Positions 40,730 to 54,845 are shown, counted from the stretch's first letter. The stretch: 64,000 bases of DNA from Octopus sinensis (GCF_006345805.1 NC_043014.1:37696001-37760000); one strand, 5' to 3'. Made by a program: numbers and translations. Notes: generated by a model from the sequence alone, not told the origin.

Positions 40730-41098
40730 CGTAACTGTAACCCTAACCCTAAAACCCTAGCCCTAACCCCAAAACCAAACCCTAACCCTAAAACCCTAAA
40801 GCTAAAACCAGTACAAATGCACGAACGATGTCATAAATAACAGTGACAAACGAAAAAGACACCGCCGGTAGTTGTTGTTGACAAACAACAGCAGTAATTT
40901 TATTCAGCTGAATACGCGTCATTGATTGGTTGAAATTACTGAAATACGACAACTTTAACACGAAATAACTTCGTAAATAGAAACTTTACTAAGAGTAAAA
41001 GATGTTTTGCATGACACATTCTACTAGTGTCCGAAGTTTGAAAGTGTTTAGTTACAAAAAATTAATTTCTCGATCTGCTGTTGAAAGGGAAAAGATCC
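40730..41098. mobile_element. Half copy of the TTAGGG-carrying MITE
   Basis: (CCCTAA)-type repeats at 40738-40800 followed by one TIR ending aaagatcc. Confidence 0.8.
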
Positions 41099-41909
41099 CT
41101 GTGTCGAACAAAATACTGGGTGGCTTTTCTTCAGGTTCTTTACGTTCCGAGTTCAAATGCCACCGGTGTCGGTTTTACTTTTCATCATTTCCGGGTCCAC
41201 AAAATAAGTTCAGTCGAGCATTGGGTCGATGCAACTGACAGGTCCCTCCCACCAAAATTTTCAGGCTTTGCACTGATAGTAGAAACAATTACTTTCTTTT
41301 CTTTCTTCTTTTTTTTTTTTTGTTAGAGGCGACATGCTGGCAAAATCATTACTGCACCGAACAAAATACTTAGCCGCATTTCTATCTCTTCTTTACGATC
41401 TGAATTCAAATGCTGCAGAGGTCGATTACATTAGATAAATTAGATAAGGTAGAGGGCGGCGGGCTCGCAGAATCGTTAGCACACCGGGCGAAACACTTGG
41501 CGACATTTCGTCTGCCGTTGCGTTCTGAGTTCAAATCCCGCCGGTGTCGACTTTGTCTTTCATCCTTTGTAGAAGTATAACCAATTCATTGTACAAATTT
41601 TAATCACAAAATCTTATGTGGTCTCCAGGGTCATATGGATCCTAAGTGTTATATAGACCTCACCGCCAGAGTCATATGGGTCCCGGCTGAGAACCACTGG
41701 ACTAGATCGTGTCACCTTGTCCGATAAAAGAAAAAAGGAAGAAAAACGAAACACCTGTAAATAATTGGTGTACTTCAAAACCATGAGATTTATATATGTG
41801 TGTGTGTGTGTTACTTTTTATTATTTCTAAATTGTCGCCTGCCTTTATATTCTGAGTTCAAATTGTCGTCTGCTTTTACGTTCTGAGTTCAAATTGTCGT
41901 CTGTGTGTG

Positions 41910-41946
<37 letters not shown>

Positions 41947-42174
41947 TATTTTTTATTATTTCTAAATTGTCGTCTGCCTTTACGTTCTGAGTTCAAATTC
42001 CGCTGAGGTCGACTTTACCTTTCAACCTTTCGGGGTCGATGAAATAAAGTATCAGTTTGAACACAGGGGTCGATGAAATCGACTTAACTCCGCCACCAAA
42101 CATGCCGGCTTTGTGCCCTATAGTAGAAAGGATTGTTTGTAAACTATTCTAAAGTGATAATTATTACATTTCAG

Positions 42175-42250
42175 GATAAAGTTGGGAAGAACTCCTATCG
42201 ATGTACATCTTGCGAAATCTTGAAGAAATTTTCCCTGCCACCTGCTGATG
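42175..42250 (+). CDS. Internal exon B; end of TB-like domain plus linker (DKVGKNSYRCTSCEILKKFSLPPAD)
   Basis: tttcag acceptor (AG 42173-42174), gtaagt donor at 42251; 76 nt, phase 0->1, bridging exon A (ends phase 0) and exon C (starts phase 1); supplies the CxxC that completes the six-Cys domain. Confidence 0.8.
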
Positions 42251-42324
42251 GTAAGTTTGCTTTTTAAGTTTTTTGTTAACGTACCATATTCTCCTGGTGG
42301 ATGGGGAGAATGGTTGATAGAATA

Positions 42325-43106
42325 AAGGTAGCGAGCTGGCAGAAACGTTAGCACGCCGAGCGAAATGCTCAGCGGCATTTCATCTGCTACGTTTCACCGG
42401 CTACGTTCTGAGTTCAAATTCCGCCGAGGTCGACTTTGCCTTTCATCCTTTCGGGGTTGATTAAATAAGTACCAGTTACGCACTGGGGTCAATGTAATCG
42501 ACTTAATCTGTTTGTCTGTCCTTGTTTGTCCTCTCTGTGTTTAGCCCCTTGTGGGTAGTAAAGAAAGAGGTATTTCGTCTGCCGTTACGTTCTGAGTTCA
42601 AATTCCGCCGAGGTCAACTTTGCCTTTCATCCTTTCGGGGTCGATTAAATAAGTACCAGTAACGCACTGGGGTCGATATAATCGACTTAATCTGTTTGTC
42701 TGTCCTTGTTTGTCCTCTCTGTGTTTAGCCCCTTGTGGGTAGTAAAGAAATAGGTATTTCGTCTACCGCTACGTTCTGAGTTCAAATTCCGCCGATCTCG
42801 ACTTTTCCTTTTATCCTTTCGGGTTCAATAAATTAAGTACCAGTTACGCACTGGGGTCGATGTAATCTACTTAATCCGCTTACCTTCCTTGTTTGTCCCC
42901 TCTGTGTTTAGCCCCTTGTGGGTAGTAAAGAAATAGGTATTTCATCTGCCGTTACGTTCTGAGTTCAAATTCCGCCGATGTCGACTTTGTCTTTCATCCT
43001 TTCTGAGTCGATAAAATAAAGTACCAGCTGAGTACTGGGATCGATGTAATCGACTTAGTGCCTTCCCCGAAATTTCTGGCCTTGCGCCAAAATTTGAAAC
43101 CAATAT
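42325..43106 (+). mobile_element. SINE family B tetramer
   Basis: Full head, then units of 184 and 183 nt restarting at GGTATTTC (42569, 42753, 42936); the last unit has a different, older-type tail. Confidence 0.9.
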
Positions 43107-43987
43107 TTTGCGATGGTGGAATGGTAGAACCATTAGAAAACCGTATTAAATGCCAGGTCAATAATTAGTATAACTTCCTAGTTCAGAATCTGCAGGATAA
43201 AGTTTGTGTTCCTTTTTGGTGTCCGATGAAATATATTTGGGTTGATTGAATCATCTCACTTCTTTCCCTGCAAATAAATTTGACCTTCTACCAATGTAAG
43301 AAATTGATGTTTCGATGTTTGTAACGTCTATTCGAATTAGATTTATTTCAGTATTTTCCCAACGATGTCCTTCAACGGATATCTTGATGCGCCGCTCGTT
43401 TCTCTTTTACTTGTTTCAGTCATTTGACTACGGCCATGCTGGAGCACCGCCTTTAGTCGAGCAAATCGACCCCAGGACTTATTCTCTGTAAGCCCAGTAC
43501 TTATTCTACTTTTGCCGAACCGCTAAGTGACGGGGACATAAACACACCAGCATCGGTTGTCAAGCAATGCTAGGGGGACAAACACAGACACACAAACACG
43601 CACATATATATATATATTCATATATACGACGGGCTTCTTTTCCATGGTGATAACTCGCAGCCAGTTACACGTTTGGGCGAGAATTCGTCGTCCCTGACAT
43701 AGGAAATAAAATGAATAAAGCATTCACCGATGTTGTGAATAGTTATCCGATTGATATTTATCTGGTATGTAGTTACTGCAGTATTTGTCCCAGAGTAATA
43801 TCTCATGGATTTGATGTGTTAAAAATACAATAAATATCAAAGAGAGTCGAAAATTGATCCCATAGCGAATATCAAATTATATTTTACAAAATCCATGTTA
43901 ATGGCTGAGCAAAAACTTGTTATTCATAAATGAAGCTTGTTAACCTTGTTATTCATAATTGTATTTATACACAAGTATCATGAATGT

Positions 43988-44088
43988 AGTTTTTTATTTA
44001 CATATTTTATTTACATATTTTTTTCTTAATTTTTATTTACATATTTTTTTTCTTAATTTTTATTTACATATTTTTTTCTTAATTTTTA
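43988..44088. repeat. ~27-nt AT-rich tandem repeat (ttttatttacatattttttt(t)cttaat), 3-4 copies
   Basis: Direct reading. Confidence 0.85.
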
Positions 44089-44459
44089 AATTAAACTTAT
44101 AGTGCTTTAAAACATTCCATGCGAATTGCACCAATAATTGGCAACTCACATATGGAGTGCGCCAGTAATTTTGGTTTTAATCTCATTTCCAGTGCGTCAG
44201 GAAGTAAAAAAAAATCCAAGAGTTCTGATTTAGATAACAGGGAGTAGAAATTGACGCACCACGGTGTTGATTATGTTTTAAATTATTCTATTTGTTTTTT
44301 TTTCTTCTGCTTCTTCTCCTTTGCTTTTCTTCCCTCCTCCTCCTTCTCCTCTACCTTCTGTTCACATTCCGCCGAGGTCACATTTGCTATGCATCTTTGC
44401 AGAGTCGATAAAATAAGCACCAATTGAGCATTGGAGAAAATTGGATTATTGATGATCCT

Positions 44460-44900
44460 GTCGACTTCAGGATATCTGAAAACACACCGAAGTGATTTCA
44501 GTTTGCCTGCTTCAGATCCAGAGAACTTGTGTATAACTGTAGAAGATATGGACACAACTTCTTTTTGTTATAGGTCAGACGTTAGGCAAGCTAGATGGAC
44601 TGACTCTGTGAAAGTCAATTGTCCTGACTATAAACAGATTGCTTATTTGTCTGGGCCGTCAATATCCGATGGAATTGCAGAAATTGATGTATTTTATTCC
44701 AGTTTTCTCCATCAGCCGCAGTTTTGTGCTAAAGCTCATCTCTCCAGATGATTTGTCAATCTGTTTGTTGACAATGTCAGTATATTTTTTCTTCTGGACG
44801 TCTACCCTCCTTTCCTCCCTCTTTCCAAGCACACAGGCTCCTGTTAAATGGCCATACCATCTCAGTTTTCTTTCTTTTCTTCACTGATGTTACAAGGTTT
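44460..44900 (-). pseudogene. Decayed RTE-like LINE fragment
   Basis: Minus strand KLRWYGHL...GRRP motif near 44795-44870. Confidence 0.55.
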
Positions 44901-45029
44901 TCACAGATACCAGCGTGATACTGTGTAGTTTGGCATAAGACAAATTACTGTACCAACAAAAAGATTCGAGCCATCAATCCCTCATCGGTTAGTAGTTTCG
45001 TAGATTTATCGACTGAGCCAGTGACGGCA

Positions 45030-45384
45030 GTAACGTTAGCACGCCGGGCGAAATGCTTAGGTCGACTTTGCCTTTCATCCTTCCGGGGTCGATTAAATAA
45101 GTACCAGTTACGCACTGGGGTCGATGTAATCGACTTAATCCGTTTGTCTGTCCTTGTTTGTCCTCTCTGTGTTTAGCATATTGTGGGTAGTAAAGAAATA
45201 GGTATTTCGTCTGCCGTTACGTTCTGAGTTCAAATTCCGCCGAGGTCGACTTTGCCTTTCATCCTTCCGGGGTCGATTAAATAAGTACCAGTTACGCACT
45301 GGGGTCGATGTAATCAACTTAATCCATTTGTCTGTCCTTGTTTGTCTCCTCTGTGTTTAGCCCCTTGTGGGCAATAAAGAAATA
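45030..45384 (+). mobile_element. SINE family B dimer
   Basis: Two units joined at aaagaaata|ggtatttcg (45201). Confidence 0.85.
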
Positions 45385-46743
45385 TGAGAATAAGCCTCAC
45401 CTGCAATCCAATGGAATCTGCATCATCTAGAAGCTGTAATTGATTCAGCACTCAGAAGGAAGCATGTAAACGATCAAGCATGTTTCTTAGCTCGTCGAAA
45501 ATTCAAGAAACGCATCTCAGTTAAGTCATTAATACAAACATTTAAACTATTATAATTGTTCAGTGCTTCCCTCTATCCTTGTGTAGGAGTGGCCGTGTGA
45601 TAAGAAGCTTGCTTACCAACCACATGGTTCCGGGTTCAGTCCCACTGCGTGGCACCCTGGCAAGTGTCTTCTACTATGGCCTCGGGCCGACCAAAGCCTT
45701 GTGAGTGGATGTGGTTGACGGAAACTGAAAGAAGCCTGTCGTGTGTATCTGTGTTTGTCCCCCCCCCACATCGCTTGACAACCGATTCTGATGTGTTTAC
45801 GTCCCCGTAACTTAGCGGTTCGGCAAAAAAGACCGATAGAGTGGGTGTTGGGCTTACAAAGAATAGGTACTGGGGTCGATTTGCTCGACTAAAGGCGGTG
45901 CTCCAGCATGGCCGCAGTCAAATGACTGAAACAAGTAAAAGAGTATACACGCGCGCGAGGACACACACACACACACAAGTGTATGCGTGTGTGTGTGTGT
46001 GTGTTTGTGTGTAAATCATACGTGTCATTCGTAAGCCGTGATTACGACTTGATAACATGATGTACCATGTTTTCGCTAATAGTTTTAGGTGCCCGTGTTG
46101 TCACGAGCCGTTATAAACACCGTCTCGATCCTCCTACTCTGTGGTCTAGCAAGGATATGACAACTTGGAGGAAAGAGATGAACCGCATCAACATTTTCAT
46201 CTGAGTAGGCTAGGGCAACGTGAAATGAAGACCCATTACTGAAGGACACTACACGCAGTCTTGTCCATATATCGAACGCACAACCTTATCCGCGTATGGC
46301 CAACACCTTAACCACTAAGCCATGCGCCCTCACACACAAATATTTATACATATTTCATTCTTTACTTGTTTCAGTCATTGGACTGCGGCCATACTAGGGC
46401 ACGGCCTTAAAGAGTTCTAGTCGAACGAATCGACCCCAAAACTTAATTTTCTTAAAGCTTGGTACTAATTATATGGGTCTCTAATGCCGAACTACTAAGT
46501 TACAGGAACATGAACAAACCAACACCGGTGGTGGTGGTGGTGGGTAAAACAACCACAAATACACTCATATATAGATATATACATATATATATATATTTAC
46601 AACAGGCTTCTTTCAGTTTCCGTCTACCAAATCCACTCACAAGGCTTTGGCTGGCCCGTGACTATTGTAGAATATACTCACCTAAAGATTCAACGCAGTG
46701 GGACTGAACTCGGAACCATTTGATTGTGAAGCAAACTTCTTAC

Positions 46744-46976
46744 ATATTTCTTTATTACCCACAAGGGGCTAAACACAGAGGGGACAAACAAGGACAGACA
46801 TAGGTATTAAGTCGATTACATCGACCCCAGTGCGTAACTGGTACTTAATTTATCGACCCCGAAAGGATGAAAGGCAAAGTCGATCTCGGCGGAATTCGTA
46901 CTCACAACGTAACGCAGACGAAATACCGCTAAGCATTTCGCCCGGCGTCCTAACGTTTCTACCAGCTCGCCGCCTT
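46744..46976 (-). mobile_element. SINE family B monomer inserted into the head of a family-A SINE
   Basis: 20-bp TSD ttgtgaagcaaacttcttac (46724-46743, 46980-46999). Confidence 0.9.
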
Positions 46977-47111
46977 TGTTTGTGAAGCAAACTTCTTACC
47001 GTGTATATATACATTGTTGTATTACACCTGTATATTTATTTTTATTACCGTTCTTTAAACGATGAGCATTTACTTAATATTGTTTGTTTCCCGTATCTTT
47101 TCTTGTTCTAG

Positions 47112-47270
47112 CTGTCAAGCCTACCCTTGCCCCCTGGGGAGAATGGACTGAGTGTACAGTGACTTGTGGTGCCGGGTGGCGGTCGAAGTACCGACAGTGT
47201 CCAACATGCAGGCCCGATGATTACAGAAACCGGCTCTTCCAGCCTTGCATGATCAGAAGTTACTGTCCAG
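47112..47270 (+). CDS. Exon C; thrombospondin type-1 repeat 1 (AVKPTLAPWGEWTECTVTCGAGWRSKYRQCPTCRPDDYRNRLFQPCMIRSYCP)
   Basis: ttctag acceptor, gtaaga donor at 47271; 159 nt, phase 1->1; WxxWxxCxxTCGxG motif, six Cys. Confidence 0.93.
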
Positions 47271-47871
47271 GTAAGATGCAAATTGCACAGGGGTTTTGTT
47301 TTTAACGTTTTTATTGTTTAGGAAAATGAATGCGGCGAGTTGGCAGAAACGTTATACACACACACACACACACACACACACAGATATATATATACATGTG
47401 TGTGTTCGTCACGTTGTTGAATGGCAGGTGGAGGAGGGGGAGGAGAACAAGACGCAGAAGAAAAAGAAAACCTTGCATCTATTAACAGCCAATGAAACTT
47501 TCGTCTAAGTTATAAGTTTAAAAAACTTGTAAGAATGTAAATAGAAGAGCAGAAAGAAAAGTCAGAAAGCAATAAATAACGAAAGAAAGAATCCGTTTTA
47601 ACGTATCTTCAAGTTAATGAGTCTTGCAAACCCAAACATTTGCACAAGAATTTTGAAAATGGTCCAAGCCAACGTGGGAGTAGCTACACAGTCAGTAAAC
47701 CTGCTAAAAAATACCAACCAGATCACCCCCAATCCACAATATCAAAGCAGTTACAACAATAGCGTAAGTCAGGCGGGTGAGTCCACCCCTAGCGGCCCTT
47801 TTATTTAAGGGTGATACTTTTGAGTCCGCTGCATAAGGAGTGACTGCGAGGTTGGAAACCTCATAGTAGTG

Positions 47872-47930
<59 letters not shown>

Positions 47931-47949
47931 AGTAGTAGTAGTAGTAGTA

Positions 47950-49056
47950 AGAAGAAAAATAATCTCTGTGTTAGACCGAAAAGAGAAAGGGGAGCTTATA
48001 AGCGAACAAAAAATACAGGGCGCTGAAAAAGGAAGTATAATATTGAAAGAAAGGGCCTGAAAGTAGTAATGGAGGAACTGAAACAGCGCCTCGTTGCAAA
48101 GAAAGCAAAGATAGTAAAATACGACCAAAGTATGAAGTGTTACCACCAGAATAGGTTATTCAGAGTGGATCAGAAGAGATTCTATAAAGAAATATATGGA
48201 GAGCATACAGATGAAAAGTTGATACGAAATAATATTGAAAGTCAAAGACAAGGAGCACAAGAAGGATGCTGAATGGTTGGAAGAACTGAAACAAACAGTA
48301 GTCTGTCCAAAACAGACAGAACTAGTCATTTCAGTTAGGGAAGTGAAGGAAGTCAGCAAGAAAAATGAGCAACTGGAAGGCCCCGGGACCAGATGGAGTT
48401 CAAGGCTACTGGATCAAAAGATTTGGTGAATGTCATGCACGAATAGCTGCGCAACTCAACACCTTGTTAAATGCCGACTAAGTAACATCAGAGTGGCTGG
48501 CATTGGGTAGGATAGTACAGTGCCTGAAGAATATCGAAAAAGGCAATACGGTAGACAATTACAGGCCGATATCCTGTTTGCCACTTATGTGGAAATTATT
48601 GACTGGGATACTCGCAGAGTCAATGTACGAACATCTGGAAAAAAATGGAGTCCTACCACATGAGCAGAAGGGTTGCAAGCGTAAGTGCAGAGGTACCAAG
48701 GATCAATTCCTGATAGACAAAACTGTACTAAGAGACTGCCAGAGGAGGAAAAGTAACTTAGCCATGTTATGATTGGACTAAGAAGCAGTGGTCGATAAAA
48801 AAAAAGGTAGCAGTAGTACCAGTAATTGTCGGAGCCCTGGGAACAGAGAGCAAAAATATCGAGAAATATGCGGAACAAATAGGGGCTACACTAAGGGTGG
48901 AGCACTTGCAGAAAATAGCACTGCTTGGAACCGCTCGAACACTTCGAAAGGTGCTCGAAAAATAAGAGGTGTTACTTTAGTTCACTGGTAGTGAACAGCT
49001 GGCACCGTTGCGCATCTCCAGTGTTAGAAGCTGTTAAAAGGCAATGATAATAATAA
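47950..49056 (+). mobile_element. Internally deleted Dong/R4-clade (RLE-type) non-LTR retrotransposon
   Basis: EELKQRL..K..KI.KY...[63 protein letters not shown], then a jump to VVVPVIVGALG...LQKIALLGTARTLRKVL; ends in TAA repeats. Confidence 0.9.
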
Positions 49057-49564
49057 CAATTCTTTGTAATTTTGGCACAAGGCCAATAATTTTTGAGGGT
49101 GAGCGTAATCGACGGGTACTTTATTTCATTTAACCTAAAAGGATGAAAAGCAAAATCAACTTCAGAACACTGCACGTACAGAGCCTAAAAAAATGTCGCT
49201 AAACATTTTGTCCGATGCTCTGAAAATCCAGCCAGCTCACCACTTTCCTAAGTAAATAGTCATAATAATAATAAAGACACTCTATTAGGTTAGTGTTTCT
49301 ACTAGTCTATGCCAACTAATATACGATTTAGTGTGTGCTTAGCAATTAGTTCCCCAACACTTCATTAAGTAATGCAAAAAAAAAAAAAGAACTAAAACAA
49401 ACAGTATCTTGGTAAGAAACCTCAAATAAGGCTTCCAGAGTTGTCTCCCGTACTTGCTAATGAAAATAGAAAATATGAATTGTTATCTTTAAAAAACTGA
49501 ACTCTTTGCTTGATTTCGACCATTAGATTGCGGGCATGCTGGGACATCGACTTAAGAGAAAAAA

Positions 49565-49595
<31 letters not shown>

Positions 49596-49751
49596 AGGGA
49601 AACGAACTGACAGCAGTAATCAATTCAGCTACAAAAATATATTCATATAAATGAAAAATGTACGCTGACAAAGATGGAGGAAACTGGTGCCTAAAACCAG
49701 TACCTTAGACTACTCAGCCACGTCACTGCCCGCTTGGCTTGCCTTTTTTTC

Positions 49752-49805
<54 letters not shown>

Positions 49806-50438
49806 ATGTGTGTGTGGTGTGTGTGTGTGTGTGTGTGTGAGCTTGTGCGTTGGAGAGTGACATTAACAAAAACACACAACCAGGTATGAAACAAAGGAAA
49901 ACTCGAAATTCGACGAACAGGTGATGGTCTGCTTCAGTATCATTGTCGTCGTCGTCATCATCACCATCATCACCATCATGATTGTCATCATCATCATTGT
50001 CGTCGTCCTCATCATCATCGTTTTATCGTGCACATTGCCATGCTCCCATGGGTCGTACGGAATTTGTTGAGGTGCATATCCCCAGCCGGATGCACCTCTT
50101 GTCATCAACCCTCACCTATGTCAAAGCAAAGTAATATTTCTCCATGAGCAAATATTTTCTCACAGGAAAATGGAAAAGAAGAGCATCGCTTGCATAACGG
50201 TGACACTCATTTACAGCTCTCACGCACACATTAACATACATGCATACATACATACTCTTTTACTTGTTTCAGTCATTTGACTGCGGCCATGCTGGAGCAC
50301 CGCCTTTAGTCAAGCAAATCGACCCCAGGACTTATTCTTTGGAAGCCTAGTACTTATTCTATCGGTCTCTTTTGCCGAACCGCTAAGTTACGGGGAGGTA
50401 AACACACCAGCATCGGTTGTCAAGTGATGTTGAGGGGA

Positions 50439-50492
<54 letters not shown>

Positions 50493-51299
50493 CATACATA
50501 TGTACGACGGGATTCTTTTCAGTTTCCGTCTACCAAATAGAGTCACAAAGCTTTGGTCAGCTCGAGGCTATAGTAGAAAACACTTGCCCAAGGTGCCCCG
50601 CAGTGGGACTGAACCCAGAACTATGTGGTTGGTAAGGAAGCTACTTACCACACAGCCACTCCTGCGCCGGAGTAACTTAGTGGTTCGGCAAAAGAGACCG
50701 ATAGAATAAGTACTAGACTTACAAAGAATAAGTTCTGGGGTCGATTTGCTCGACTAAAGGCGGTGCTCCAGCATAGCCGCAGTCAAATGACTGAAACAAA
50801 TAAAAGAGGAAAAGAGGAAAAGAGTAATTAAATGAGAATGAGTGATTTACAAAAAAAAATGAAGCGGAGGACGCGGTCGACTCCACAAACCACATACTCA
50901 CACTGAAGACATTGCCTTTTCCTTTTTTTTTGCTCTCGTTTAGACAGGTTCTATCACTCGCATCATACTTACTACAGACTTCCATCTTTTACGAAACACA
51001 CTTTGCGACAGGCATTTCTTCTCCAGCCTTATTTTCCGTTTCATGTGGAAAACGAAAAAGTCGATTAACCCGAGACTGGAAATGAATATGCCTGTTGCAA
51101 TTCCTTTCGCTCTCGTCTTCCATACTACGTCTTTCGCCTCAGCAACTACCGAGAGAAAACAGACTCGCTTCTCTATTCAGGGAGGGTGGTCAACGGCTTT
51201 GGAGAGCATAAAAATTAAAGTTGTGGGTGAGAAAACGTTAGCTGACGTGGAGGACAGGAATCCATTTGGAATTGGAAATGAGTTTATCTGTATAATGAT

Positions 51300-51990
51300 A
51301 TGCACCAGGTAAATGCTGACAGCATGACTGCTCATCATTGCTCTGTGAACACTACAAACGCTGTAAGACGGAAGATGGAGAGCTGCAACGGAGACTACGA
51401 AGTCGTGGCCAGCAGGAAGGAACACAACAGGCGTTCTGACTACATCTGCACGCCGGACTTCACCCCAAAGTCTTTGAACTGGGCCTTTGGCTCAATTCGG
51501 ACGGCTATGTAAAGCTGCCAGAGACTAGTCAAACCTTGGTTAGAGAGGTTTATTGCTGGAAGGCCATATGTGTGGCAGCAGGATTTGGCTCCTAGCCATG
51601 CGTTCGGAAAGAGCCAGAAGTGGTTGTCGGAGAGTTTTTACGACTTCACCATCCACAATTTCTGGCCTTCTGATTCTCTCGATTGTAATCCCAAGGATTA
51701 TTATGTGTAGGATGTGTTTGATAACACCAACCGCTCTGCATGCGACATCAAGGCCGTGCTGGTAGCTAGGATCAAGGACATGTTTAAAGATCTTTCCAGT
51801 GAGAAACGCACTATGTCAGGTCCCAGAGCCTTCTTAAGCCATGGTAGAAGCTGTAGGTGGCAACTTTGAGTAGCCTGTTATATCTCAGCCATAATTTACT
51901 CGATATTTTTTGAATTTTTAAAGTACTTTTATTTTTGGATCGGACGTTGTATTTTCTTTCTTTTTATGCAAGCTGTCAAATTTAGCCTGA
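51300..51990 (+). pseudogene. Decayed Tc1/mariner-superfamily transposase, DD37D (maT-like) spacing
   Basis: RPYVWQQDLAPSH...FWPSDSLDCNPKDYYV: 37 residues between the QQD aspartate and the NPKD aspartate; stops, frameshifts and an internal deletion. Confidence 0.8.
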
Positions 51991-52072
51991 ACAAATGTGT
52001 ATACATACATACATACATACATACATACATACATACATACATACATACATAAGTACATACATACCTACCTAC

Positions 52073-52122
<50 letters not shown>

Positions 52123-52182
52123 GTCTGTCTGTCTGTCTGTCTGTCTGTCCATACACATATATGTATACCCATGCGCGCGCAG

Positions 52183-52221
<39 letters not shown>

Positions 52222-52693
52222 CACACACACACACATACGCATACACGCACGCACACACACACACACGCACACGCACACACACACACGTAAGTAACTGCTC
52301 TTCTTTTAAGCCCCAGATGAACTCTGATCAAGTTTATCTATGATCGAAGACATTCCATTCGCAATCGCAACCATCGTGATCTTTCATGCCAGAATCGTCT
52401 TTCATTCTCAAAGACGACAGTTTGTGGAAATTTGGGAGATTTGGATGCTATATTTGCCAGACAAAAACATGTAATATCCAGCAGTAGCAATAGTAGTGGT
52501 AGTAGTAGTAAAAACAATAGCAGCCTGGATAAGAAGTGGAACCTATATAGATTGTACAGACGTTTACAGACGTCACGGTTCTACGATTTGCATTTGTATT
52601 GCTTTAATAATACAAGACTGTCTTTCGTCTGCTAAGTTTTGTTTGTGTAGCTGGTTCTAATTATCATTCAAGACTGATACAAATGCACCCCAT

Positions 52694-52744
<51 letters not shown>

Positions 52745-52948
52745 GTTAAAAAGCGTATAGTAAATGCACAAACAGACACAAAAGGGCAAGTTGAAAAACA
52801 TATAGTAAATAAACAGACGAACGGAAAACAGACACAAAAGGCCCCCAGCTCTTCATCAGTTATCGGCTAAAGGATCAAACGCAATTTCGTGTCTTTAACG
52901 ACAATACTGATCCCTTCTGGTGGTGAATATATAAATATATATATGTAT

Positions 52949-52981
<33 letters not shown>

Positions 52982-53061
52982 TAATTATATATATATATAT
53001 ACACACACATACATACGTACATACATACGTATATACATACATGTGTGTATGTGTGTGTGTG

Positions 53062-53113
<52 letters not shown>

Positions 53114-53635
53114 AATATTTTATTTTGATCGAGTCAGTCTCAGTTATTCTTGAGTGTCGTCGATGGGTGCACAGGGTTTTTGGGCAAGTTACAACTGAAG
53201 AAATAATCCATTATTCTAAAGGCACAAGGTCTGAAATTTTGGATAAGGGTCTTGTCAATTACAAGTTGACCTCAGTACTCAACCAGTACATATTCTATTG
53301 ACCTCGAGAGGATGAAAGTCGAACTCGGCGGAATTTGTATTTAGAACGTTTATATGCCAAGCATTTCGTCCGACGTGCCAATGATTCTGCCAGCTTGCTG
53401 CCTTGGACTAAAGAAATAATGGAACTTGTACATCCATATATAGGATTCCTGTCGTAGGGTATGACGATATATTGGAAACAAGATAAAAAGAGAATGAAGA
53501 GAAGGATAAAATGGTCATGACAAAGTGGTACAACTTTGATCGTATGTTTGCTCGGTAAAGATCCTGAGACCAACTAACAAAATGAGAAAAAAAAAGAGAA
53601 GTAGAAGTAGAAGAAGTAAGAGGAGAAGAAGAAGA

Positions 53636-53676
<41 letters not shown>

Positions 53677-54465
53677 AAGAAGAAGAAGAAGAAGAAGAAG
53701 AAGAAGAAGAAGAAGGGAAGGGAAGGGTGTGTGTTTTGAAATGGGTGAATGAAGTGGAGTGGATGGGTGTTAGAGTGATCAAAAAATTCGATGGAAAAAT
53801 TCGACGGAAAAATAATTGTCGATGAGTAGATAAAAGTGTTACATCATAGGCTATATTAAAAAAAAAAATCAATAACAGGGACATAAACAAACCAACACCA
53901 TTTGTCAAACGGTGATGGGGACAAACAGTAAAATACTCGCGTGCGGGCACACACACATACATATATACGTATATCTCACATCTTTTATCTTTTACTTCTT
54001 TCAGTCATTTGACTGAGGCCATGCTGGGGCACCGCCTTCAAAAATTTTTAGTCGAACAAATCAATCCCAGGACTTAATTTTTTTCTAAACCTGGCACTTA
54101 TTCTATCGGTGTCTTTTTACCGAACCGCTAAGTTACATGAACGTAAACACGCCAACACCGGTTGTTTAAAGGGTGGAAGAAGAAAAACACGGATACAAAA
54201 ATACACACACACACACATACGACAGGCTTTTTAAATATAAATATGTATAAATATATATTTATATACATGTATATGTGGCGATGCTCCAGTATGGTCAAAG
54301 CCTTTGAGCTGAAACATATAAAAGAAAAGAAATGTGTGTGTGCATACACGATAAGCTTCGTTCAGTTTCCGCTTACCAAATCCTCTCACAAGGCTTTGGT
54401 CGACCCGGGGATATGGTAGAAGATACTTAACCAAAGTGCCACATAGTGGGAATGAATCCGGAACC

Positions 54466-54845
54466 GGATCTTTTCCTTTTGAACGGCAGTTTTCAACACA
54501 ATTTCTAGTTAACTAAACATTTTTAAACTTCGTATACTGGTAGAATGTGTCAAAATAAAACATTTTTTCTCTTGGCTTTCTTGAGAAAATTATAATTTGT
54601 AAGTTTAACATAGTTTAATTTTTTCTCAGTTTTAGACGCAACAAATGATTTTAGCTCAATAGAGGCCATCGATTGGTTAAAATTCGAAAAATTAAACTAC
54701 GTTAAACTTACAAATTACAATTTTCTCAAGAAAGCCAAGAGAAAAAAATGTTTTATTTTGACACATTCTACCAGTATACAAAGTTTAAAAGTGTTTAGTT
54801 AACTAGAAATTGTGTTGAAAACTGCCGTTCAAAAGGAAAAGATCC
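54466..54845. mobile_element. GGATC-ended fold-back MITE (Merlin-like) inserted in a family-A SINE
   Basis: ~160-bp near-perfect inverted arms; perfect 8-bp TSD ccggaacc (54458-54465, 54846-54853). Confidence 0.93.
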
